Shown here: positions 39,175-49,500 of the stretch, in pieces
Numbering within the stretch: position 1 is the first letter of the stretch
How the letters are laid out: every line of letters starts with the position of its first letter
Assembly (NCBI GenBank): GCA_027923505.1
Contig: BROI01000008.1
Location: forward strand, 1,054,001 to 1,118,000
From: Mayamaea pseudoterrestris
Lineage: Eukaryota
Length of the DNA stretch: 64,000 bases
Direction of reading: 5' to 3'
Program-made: the position numbers and the translations under genes
The notes under the pieces: model-generated
The model's input: the letters and a program-made list of their open reading frames with translations, nothing else
What the model was told of the DNA's origin: nothing
The model's database searches: none

Positions 39175-39708
39175 CTAGTAGACAAGGTCGTGAGCAACCC
39201 TCAAATTAGGACGGCGCCCTGGATAGCCTTGAGCGTTGACTTCCTGGGAGCTTTCTCGAAGGTAATGCTGCACAGAAGGAGCAGACCATCTGAGACGGAA
39301 AGCAATCTCCTGTATATCAAGACCTGCGTTTTGCAAGGCAACAGCTGCTGTGACCCTGTTGGAATGGGCCACTATGCGGGTCACATTCTGGCGGAGGAAA
39401 TGTTTTGGGTTTGGGTATGCTCCAACCACTGCTGCCCGCATCACTTTAATAATGTCGCGAGACTGGAGATAGTCATAACTCCCCGTGGCTGATGTGTGGA
39501 AGACTCCCAATGGCTCTTTGAAAGGCTTGCGGTGTAGGCAACGCGCTCTGCCAATGATGGATATGCTTGCGGCGATGGGGCAAATGAATGGATGCCCCGA
39601 GCGCTTAAATTTTCGTATGGTGAAATTGGTTTGGCTCTTGTCATAGCGAAAGCGCAGGTGCAGTTCTGCTGCTGAACTCTGATGCTGGAGCAACTTGTCA
39701 GCACTGCG
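39175..39708 (-). CDS. Tyrosine recombinase, C-terminal catalytic part (5' part replaced by satellite sequence)
   Basis: LRFRYDKS, ICPIAA, AHSNRVTAAVAL and RLRWSAPSVQHYLRES give the H-x-x-R, W and catalytic Y motifs of DIRS-type recombinases. Confidence 0.88.
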   Translation of the reverse strand, partial: RSADKLLQHQSSAAELHLRFRYDKSQTNFTIRKFKRSGHPFICPIAASISIIGRARCLHRKPFKEPLGVFHTSATGSYDYLQSRDIIKVMRAAVVGAYPNPKHFLRQNVTRIVAHSNRVTAAVALQNAGLDIQEIAFRLRWSAPSVQHYLRESSQEVNAQGYPGRRPNLRVAHDLVY

Positions 39709-40415
39709 TTCAAAGTTCCAAGCCTTGGACCTTGTCAAACACCTTCTGCGGATTGCAGTAGCAGGTTCAGATTCTGTGTTGTAGTGTTGCATCACTTTAC
39801 AAATCCACTGGCATTTTTGTGGGGCCCCCTGGACCGATATTCACACATAATCACTGCCTGACTGGCTTCCAAATTGGAACATCTCAACCTTTGACTTTGT
39901 CAAACAAACCTATCCCTGATTGCCATGGCATGCTCAGAATCATGCTTGCAAGGTTGGATCATCACATAAATCCCAACTGAAATTTTGCTGTGTTTGCAAC
40001 AACATGAACAGTCTCAGTACACCACACCACTGCCAGAATTGCTGCTGTATTCAAAGTTCCAAGCCTTGGACCTTGTCAAACACCTTCTGCGGATTGCAGT
40101 AGCAGGTTCAGATTCTTGGTGGCCAGGTTGCATCACTTTTACAAATCCCATCTGAAACTTTGATGTGGTGGAACCACTTGGAGGAACCTACTTGCTATAT
40201 TCACACATAAGCCACTGGCTGACTATGGTGGCTCCAACTGAACATCCAACCTTTCCTGATTCTGGCTCTCATCTTCAGGTTGGATCATCACATAAATCCC
40301 AACTGAAACTTTTGCTGTGTTTGGCACCATGAACACACGTTTCCAAGTCACACCACAGCCACTGCCAGAATTGCTGCTGTATTCAAAGTTCCAAGCCTTG
40401 GACTTTGTCAAACAC
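39709..40415 (+). repeat. ~2 degenerate 371-bp satellite monomers inside the retroelement
   Basis: Satellite sequence (ttcaaagttccaagccttggacc ... gactttgtcaaacac) is interleaved with short non-satellite patches. Confidence 0.9.
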
Positions 40416-42906
40416 GCATATTGAACTTGCAGCTTGCCAGGTTGTCATTGTTAAGCCTCCACATGAAGAGCAAGGTGAGGTTCCAGCCTCCTATACCTTT
40501 GGTACTGGCGTCGCTTTTCATGATGTTGGTAGGTTCGCGAGCTACCATGAGGCCAATGGGTTTGTGCCAGACGTGCTGCCATTTTGGATTGTTGAGTGTA
40601 GGATACAACATGCGTAGATCATCCAGCACCTCCTTTGATAACAAAATCCTTCCTTTACGCCACCAAGCTCGAGTGCTTGGTTTCTTAGAGTCATTGACTC
40701 TGCGTTTCTTGCTGTCAAGTCTCTTTGCTTGCTCATCTGCCTGGCGCGCCGCATCAGAAAGCGATTGTTGCACTCGAATGGCGAGGAAATCGGCTAGGTC
40801 GGCGACGAAAGCACCATGCCGCATGAGGCCCACTAAAGAAGATTTGTCGGCTGCCGTGATAATTACCTGTTTGAATTGTTTGTTCTGTAGCCATTCGTCA
40901 TTCATTTGCTCGAGCATAATGGCGAGCTTGCGTTGCTTAGCATCCGGCCATCCAACTGTCATGCGGCGCGTATCCCAGTCGAGGCCAAGGTATGTTAGCT
41001 GATGGGAGACATCGCATTTCCATTTCCTGTCATTGATACACGGGGAGCGATGCCTGGGGTTTGGCTCGCCAAAAACCACTCGAGCGGCAATGACACTGCG
41101 GTGAATGGCTTCCTGGATAGTAGCTCGTGTTGCCACCACCCCTTGATCATCCACAAAGCTCGAGAAGCCGTACTTGTAATCTGGACCAAGCAGATTGTCG
41201 GTACCCGTGTTGTAACAATCCCGCACTGCTGTGACAATAGTGGGTTCTTGGCAGGACTAAGATGGTAAAGTCCGTGGACCCAATATAAGGGTCGCTTGTC
41301 CCGGGATTCCCCAGTCTCAGTCACGCCACCACCAAAGATCATTCCAACTGGGATCACCAACCAGTGGTCTAACACCGTAGCAAATGCGACCGCAATATCT
41401 GGATGGTAATGTAACCAACGGAACGCGGCTGAAATATCGTCTGCCGCAATGTACAACTCCTCTTGTGGATGGTCCAGGCGAAGATTGTAGATTAACTTGA
41501 CCAGTCGGTGGATAACAGAGCCATAGTAGACCTTTGGATTTTGTTGTTCGTCGTGGTCTGTAGTTCTGAGCTTTGCAATCTGACTATTGACATTGCCGCG
41601 ATCCCCAGGATAAAAGGGCGTTGATGGGTCGTTAATGAGGCGGCCCTCGTCGCCAACTCTGCCTGGCTTGGGCGGTATGTAGGAGATGAGTGCTAGGAAG
41701 AGTCCTGGAATATACTTCCAGAGAAAATGAGGAAACATGATGTGATATGACAGTTTCTCCTCCTTTCTGTATTTCTCCATGACGTCGTCCCAGCAATGCT
41801 CCAGGCCTCGATTGTTTTCTTTTTCCCGCTTTGCAACGTCCCTAATAGGGCAGCGGAACTTGCTGATACCAGGAACGCCCTCGTCGATGGCGTGCAGTGC
41901 CTTGTCGAAAGCAATGGGTGGGTAATCCCTTAGGATGACCTTGCGCCGGACCGCTGTGATAACGTCGCGACAAAGATGCCTTGTTGAAAGCAATGGGTGG
42001 GTAATCCCTTGGGATGACCTTGCGCCGGACCGCTGTGATAACGTCGCGACAAAGAGAGCGATCTTGATTTTGCTGTGTATATTCTCCTCCCAGCCACCGG
42101 AGCAGGTCACCATAATTAAAATCACACCGAAGCAGCGCGGCTCCCATGTCCAGAACTCGAGTGGGGCAAATAGGGGTTAAGTCTAGCGCTGGATAATGGC
42201 GTTCGACACGTAGGTGATGGACCGCTCTTGTCGATGTGCGGTAGCGTAAGCTTGCGTATTCATGCGTCTTGTCGCGGAGTGTGAAGGCCATGAGTCGCCG
42301 CAGCGACACACGTAGGTAATCCCACATGATATGTACGATGTGGAAAAAGGAAGGGCAGTCATGCTCCGTCTGGAGATTGTCTGTTTCCTTCCCCCAACCT
42401 TGTCGTCGGCGCGACCAGACCAAGTCGTCCAAATGTAGCATACTCGCCGAGCCGTAAAGCGGGTGATTATTCTGAGGGTTTGCGGCCTGGAGAGCCAGAG
42501 AGTCTTCTGTATCAAGGAAAGGCCAAACAGGCGCAATCACTGTAGCGAAATATTGATTATAGTCCACAAGCGCTGGCCACGCCACTTTTGAATGCGGCTG
42601 CTGTCGTCGTAGGTTTTGTTTTCGAGGCTGTGCAGTATCATTGAATGGCGGTAGCAGCGACCTGAGCGACGATGTTGCTGTCGATGTTTCTGTCTGCTCA
42701 TGTTGAATGGCCGGCGCTGTCGGAGCGATGACCCGAGGAGGTGCGGGAAGTGTCGGAGCGGTGTCACGAGTAGGTGCGCTTGCTGAAACTGTGATGGTGG
42801 TGGCTGCGAGGCGCTCCAAAGGATCGGCCATCGCCGGTGCCGGAACAATGGGCGTCCCGCTGCCTCGTGGGGCGACTGCTGGGCGCGAGTCGATGATGCT
42901 TGGCAA
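40416..42906 (-). pseudogene. Reverse transcriptase / RNase H of the DIRS-type element, split over three ORFs
   Basis: RT motifs GRLIND, ADDISAAFRWLHYHPD, IPVGMIFG, FVDD (41157-41146) and LTYLGLDWDT, then RNase H KSDASTKGIGGW. Frameshifts at ~41900-42050 and ~41230-41330. Confidence 0.9.
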
Positions 42907-42912
42907 TGGTAG

Positions 42913-45900
42913 TCAGGAGGAGGTAATGCGCGTGTATTCGGCGGTTGCTTGGAATTTTGCTCTGACGGGCCCTCGCTGAAGAAAATTAGTCAACTGCAAC
43001 AGGCTTTCTCGTGTCCATGGCTGTTGCGTTTGCCGGATGTCAATTTCACAGCGATTACAAGCGGCCGAATTGCACCCTTGCATGCCAGCAATGATGAACG
43101 GGAAGCAAACTTGTTTCCCTTGCAGGATTGGAGCCGATATCTGAGCTCTTGTCCATGTTCCCAAAATATCTTTCACATTTCGCACAGATGGTTCTGGATT
43201 GTCCACAAAACGAATTAATGGCACTGGCGCACGACGGTACGTACCAACGTTTGGCGGCAGCTGGCGTTGCTGTTGCTGTGGCGGATGTTGTTGCTGCTGG
43301 GGATTGTGTCGCGGATTACCCAGCGCGGCGACCCGATCTGGTCTCACCGCCGGGTTTGCCTGCTGTTGTAATGGCCTAGCCGGTTGTATGTCTGGCAAGA
43401 TAGCTTGACTATAGAAAGCATTGATTGGCAATGTGTGTGCGGTAAATACCGTTGCGTTGAATGAGCTGCTGCAATCCTGTCGCCAGTCGTGAAGGACTGT
43501 TTTAAGTGTGGCGTAGTCGCGGACTCTGATGCTTGTCTCAAAAACGCAAAGGTCAGAGCGTGCCGGTTCCTCCCAGAGAAGAATTGGTAAGCAGTGTTGT
43601 TCCATGGTATGCGTCACTGCCCAATCAAGAAATATTTGAATGAGGTTGCTGAGGCTGACGAGGACAGCGTTTGAGGCTGCGACTTGATGACGAGCCGGCA
43701 TACGATCCCAAGCTTGCTGTGTTTGACTCTTGGAAAGGTGTTCAACCAGCCAGTGTAGATGACCGGCGAAAGGAGACGAGACCATGAATGGAGAGAGCTC
43801 ATCGTTCAATTGCTGTAGATGACGGAAGCGACTCGGAAAATGGAAGACGACGTGTAGCCACCAACCAAGATTTTTAATCAACTGCACCATTTTATTGCAA
43901 GGAACTCCCTCCCCTGGTAGGCGAAAGGTATTGCCAAGAATGGTAGGGAGGAAGTGGTAGGGTGTAATGCTCGCGCTCAGTGCGGATGGAGAAACTTGGA
44001 AAGTTGTACCCGCGGACACCACTCCCGACTGTAATGCCCTGAGTATTTCAGTCTTGGTGTAGAAGGTATCACCCTCGAGCAGTGGCCGGAAGTATGTAGG
44101 AAAGGACGAGCGTAATGTTGCTTCATATTCTGTCTGTAGGAAATTGCGCATGAATACGCAACTGCTTGCTCACGATCCTGGCAGATGGAATCCAACAACT
44201 GGAATGCCATGGGCTCAACGCCTAATGGGCAGCTGACGGAGTTGAGCATGGCGCCCTTCACGAACAACTGTCGCCTTGTAGGATACTGTTCCGTAGATTA
44301 GGGTTCCCATGGCAGGCTCGGTCATGTAGCTTTGCATTTGAGTCGTCAATTGCTCAAACGGCAGGTACAGACCCGAGGCAACTGCCAGTTGTACCGTTGG
44401 CTGATGCCGCTGAGGGAGCTTCATTCTTGGAGGCGTTGAAGGAGGGTTCGGTGGACGTTTGGAGCCCACGTATTTGACTGAATCTCCGTCTTCACTAGTC
44501 TGGTGATGAGACACGAATAGTGTTTTAGCTGTGCCAGGAAGTCCGTCCGCTCGTTTGCGTCGTTCGTCGTCATACCAAGATGGCGGGTTTCTGTCTGGGT
44601 CGTTATGTTTCAACTGCAGCGGAGAGCCAACTCCAGCACTGAACCAGTCATTAAAAACCTGCGCTACCAAGTCTCCAATGGGTGGTCTTGACCTTGTCGT
44701 TGCCGCGGAGCTTGGAGTGTTGTTTTCCATGTGAGAAGTCTTTGTAACGATGCGCAGCTTTGCTAGATCCGCTGCCGAGGTGGAGGCCGAGATATCCACA
44801 CGAGCGAAGCGATCTAACCAACTCGGGAGTCCTTGGCGAAGGAAATTGATCTCAAATTGTTTGCACCAGTTGGATGTCTTTATGTTCAACAATCCTGCGA
44901 GATACCACATGTTTTCCATGCGGGTTTCGTGAAACTTTGCCATCTGTGGCGAGTTTTGAAAGATGGTCTGTGCGTTTTGTCCCAGCAAAATAAGCTTGTC
45001 GTGCCAGTTTGGTTCTAAAGTATGTACCAAGTGATCCCACAAGATTTTTGATCGAATGACTAGCTCAGGATGATGAAACGTTTGTTGTGCAAGCAACGAT
45101 GACTTTTCTTTCCAGGCCTCCCAAGTGGCTGTCACCTGCGACATGATCCATGTTTCAGTTTTCATGTCGTCGGCACTCTCTCTGCATCCCTTGAGCCAAA
45201 TAGTGAGAAGGCGATTGTCGTCCATCCAGTCGTATACTTCATTTGGCAGCCCCGTAAAGGCGATGCAGTGCGCTTTCAACTGCTCGGCTGTAGTGCAGAC
45301 GGCCGGATCCAATGGTAAACCGATCGGCATGCCGTGGTTTGGAGGGAGAAAGAAGCACCCCAAATCTTTGTTGTCGAATGCTGTAACTCTCTATCGGTGG
45401 CGTACGCTAAAACTGGCTTTTCTCCATATTGATATAAAGGCGGGCCCTCCCAGTGGCCAGTGCCTCCAATAAGCTCGTGCTCGAACGAGCCTGCGTCTGG
45501 CAGTTCTTCCTCGTGAATGCAGAGCATCACAGGTTGTAGCATCTTGTCACCGCGCGGAAATACAGCCATGTCCATCTTGATTTCCTCGAACCATTCTTCA
45601 CGTGTAGACTGCAATGGGGCTCGTGTTTGCCTTGATAGACTCGCGAGGATTGGAACCATTGCTTGAGGCGCGTCAAACCCGCTGGGTGATAGCAAGAGTG
45701 TCGGCTCGACCGGGTCGTCAGTATCCGACAGACCTTCATTATCCATCTCTGGTCCATTGGTAACTGAATGGCCGAGCTTTGTGTCATGGAGAGAATACTT
45801 TTCGCCAAGCGCCGTTCCTGACGGCATGGCTGAGCAAATGATAACCAGCTGCTCTTTTCCTGGGTGCGTTTCATCAGCGCCCGGGGCTCCTGCGCCCGAG

Positions 45901-46244
45901 TACTGCTTGCGTAAGGATGAGAGTGTCAAGATGCCTCCAATATTTTCCGTCGTTAAGAGCTTGAGGCGAGTAGGCGTTCCATGCCACATGTGTTTTCCAT
46001 CACCGTCGAGGCCTTCCTGCTTGGTCATCTCCTTGTTCAAAGCGTAAACTTCCTCCTTCGTCAGGACCACCTGCCCTTCAGTCCAACCATCAATCTGCAA
46101 CTCCATAGCTGCGGCTCTCTCCTCTCTCTTGGGCGTCTCCTCCCCCAGCCACGTAGTCGAGGCCTTGGTTTGGATCGGCAAACGGAAAGCAGGCGAAGCG
46201 CCCCCAAACTCTTTGAGAGCTCCAGGGAAACGGACGAGCGTCAT
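42913..46244 (-). pseudogene. ORF1 (gag-position, ~1100 codons) of the DIRS-type element, several frameshifts/stops; ends in a Gln/Pro-rich linker and Cys-rich finger
   Basis: Overlapping minus ORFs 45276-46439, 44215-45363, 43977-44267 and 42913-44151. C-terminal CFPFIIAGMQGCNSAACNRC lies just upstream of the RT ORF. That these were one ORF is inferred. Confidence 0.65.
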
Positions 46245-46531
46245 GATCAAGAAAACGAGAGAATAGGGAGCAAAGAAAACGCGGTTCGAGCAACAAAGGC
46301 AAGAACAAACAACAGAGAGCTTGCTAGACAACAACAAGGTCGGCAAGCTAACCAAAGGAATGGGAGGCAACCCGATCAACATCGGCATGTGGTCTGCCCG
46401 TTGTCGGTAGCTGTTCCCATTCTTCTCTCCCCGCACCACTGATGATGTGACTATCGATCACAGTGTACTCATAAGGGTATCTTATGAGTGTCCCCAAGGC
46501 AGTCTCCTCAAAGCATCCGCCCTGAGCCGGA

Positions 46532-49500
46532 CCATGGCATGCTCAGAATCATGCTAGCAAGGTTGGATCATCACATAAATCCCAACTGAAACTTTGCTGT
46601 GTTTGGCACATGGAGCACCCTCCTTGTTTCAGTCTCAGTCACACCACAGCCACTGCCAGAATAGCTGCTGTTTTCAAAGTTCCGAGCCTTGGACCTTGTC
46701 AAGCACCTTCTGTGGATTGCAGTAACAGGTTCAGATTATTGCTGGCCAGGTTGCATCACTATACAAATCCCATCTGAAACTTTGATGTGGTGGAACCACT
46801 TGGAGGAACCTACTAGCTATATTCATGCTTGACCACTGGCTGACTGGCTTCCAAATTGGAACATCTCAACCTTTGACTTTGTCAAACATCTTATCCTGAT
46901 TGCCATGGCATGCTCAGAATCATGCTAGCAAGGTTGGATCATCACATAAACCCCATCTGAAACTTTGCTGTGTTTGGCACATGGAACACCCTACTTGATT
47001 CAGTCGCATTCACACCACAGCCACTGCCAGAATAGCTGCTGTTTTCAAAGTTCCAAGCCTTCAACCTTGTGAAACACCTTCTGTGGATTGCAGTAGCAGG
47101 TTCAGAATCTTGCTGGCCAGGTTGCATCACTATACAAATTCCATCTGAAACTATGATGTGGTGGAACCACTTGGAGGAACCTACTTGCTATATTCACGCT
47201 TGACCACTGGCTGACTGGCTTCCAAATTGGAACATCTCAACCTTTGACTTTGTCAAACATCTTATCCTAATTGCCATGGCATGCTCAGAATCATGCTAGC
47301 AAGGTTGGATCATCACATAAATCCCAACTGAAACTTTGCTGTGTTTGGCACATGGAGCACCCTACTTGTTTCAGTCTCAGTCACACCACAGCCACTGCCA
47401 GAATAGCTGCTGTTTTCAAAGTTCCAAGTCTTGGACCTTGTCAAGCACCTTATGAGGATTGCAGTAGCAGGTTCAGATTCTTGCTGGCCAGGTTGCATCA
47501 CTATACAAATCCCATCTGAAACTTTGATGTGGTGGAACCACTTGGAGGAACCTACTTGCTATATTCACACTTGACCACTGGCTGACTGGCTTCCAAATTG
47601 GAACATCTCAACCTTTGACTTTGTCAAACATCTTATCCTGATTGCCATGCCATGCTCAGAATCATGCTAGCAAGGTTGGATCATCACAAAAATCCCAACT
47701 GAAACTTTGCTGTGTTTGGCACATGGAGCACCCTACTTGTTTCAGTCTCAGTCACACCCCAGCCACTGCCAGAATAGCTGCTGTTTTCAAAGTTTCAAGC
47801 CTTGGACCTTGTCAAGCACCTTCTGTGGAATGCAGTAGCAGGTTCAGAATCTTGCTGGCCAGGTTGCATCACTATACAAATCCCATCTGAAACTTTGATG
47901 TGGTGGAACCACTTGGAGAAACCTACTTGCTATATTCACGCATAACCACCAACTGACTGGCTTCCAAATTGGAACATCTCAACCTTTGACTTTGTCAAAC
48001 ATCTTATCCTGATTGCCATGGCATGCTCAGAATCATGCTAGCAAGGTTGGATCATCACATAAATCCCATCTGAAACTTTGCTGTGTTTGGCACATGGAAC
48101 ACCCTACTTGATTCAGTCGCATTCACACCACAGCCACTGCCAGAATAGCTGCTGTTTTCAAAGTTCCAAGCCTTCAACCTTGTGAAACACCTTCTGTGGA
48201 TTGCAGTAGCAGGTTCAGAATCTTGCTGGCCAGGTTGCATCACTATACAAATTCCATCTGAAACTATGATGTGGTGGAACCACTTGGAGGAACCTACTTG
48301 CTATATTCACGCTTGACCACTGGCTGACTGGCTTCCAAATTGGAACATCTCAACCTTTGACTTTGTCAAACATCTTATCCTAATTGCCATGGCATGCTCA
48401 GAATCATGCTAGCAAGGTTGGATCATCACATAAATCCCAACTGAAACTTTGCTGTGTTTGGCACATGGAGCACCCTACTTGTTTCAGTCTCAGTCACACC
48501 ACAGCCACTGCCAGAATAGCTGCTGTTTTCAAAGTTCCAAGCCTTGGACCTTGTCAAGCACCTTCTGCGGATTGCAGTAGCAGGTTCAGATTCTTGCTGG
48601 CCAGGTTGCATCACTATACAAATCCCATCTGAAACTTTGATGTGGTGGAACCACTTGGAGGAACCTACTTGCTATATTCACACTTGACCACTGGCTGACT
48701 GGCTTCCAAATTGGAACATCTCAACCTTTGACTTTGTCAGACATCTTATCCTGATTGCCATGCCATGCTCAGAATCATGCTAGCAAGGTTGGATCATCAC
48801 AAAAATCCCAACTGAAACTTTGCTGTGTTTGGCACATGGAGCACCCTACTTGTTTCAGTCTCAGTCACACCACAGCCACTGCCTGAATAGCTGCTGTTTT
48901 CAAAGTTCCAAGCCTTGGACCTTGTCAAGCACCTTCTGCAGATTGCAGTAGCAGGTTCAGATTCTTGCTGGCCAGGTTGCATCACTATACAAATCCCATC
49001 TGAAACTTTAAATGTGGTGGAACTACTTGTCGGAACCTACCTGCTATATTCATGCTTGACCACTGGCTGTCTGGCTTCCAAATTGGAACATCTCAACCTT
49101 TGACTTTGTCAAACATCTTATCCTGATTGCCATGGCATGGTCAGAATCATGCTAGCAAGGTTGGATCATCACATAAACCCCATCTGAAACTTTGCTGTGT
49201 TTGGCACATGGAACACCCTACTTGATTCAGTCGCATTCACACCACAGCCACTGCCAGAATAGCTGCTGTTTTCAAAGTTCCAAGCCTTGGACCTTGTCAA
49301 GCACCTTATGCGGATTGCAGTAGCAGGTTCAGAATCTTGCTGGCCAGGTTGCATCACTATACAAATATGAAACATAACACGAATCACACATAACCACCAC
49401 GTGACTGGCTTCCAAATTGGAACATCTCAACCTTTGACTTTGTCAAACATCTTATCCTGATTGCCATGGCATGCTCAGAATCATGCTAGCAAGGTTGGAT

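Larger units (their letters stand above)
39088..46531 (-). mobile_element. Tyrosine-recombinase retrotransposon (DIRS order), ~7.4 kb, disrupted by frameshifts, inserted in the satellite
   Basis: Minus-strand order ORF1 > RT > RNase H > tyrosine recombinase. No DDE integrase is visible. Satellite flanks both sides in the same orientation. Confidence 0.9.

Noticed and set aside
39088..46531. Bacterial retron/DGR or prophage integrase system (RT + recombinase + repeats)
   Set aside because: The context is eukaryotic. RT followed by RNase H (DAS motif) and a downstream YR is the DIRS-order layout, and the repeat variants are not adenine-specific as in DGRs.
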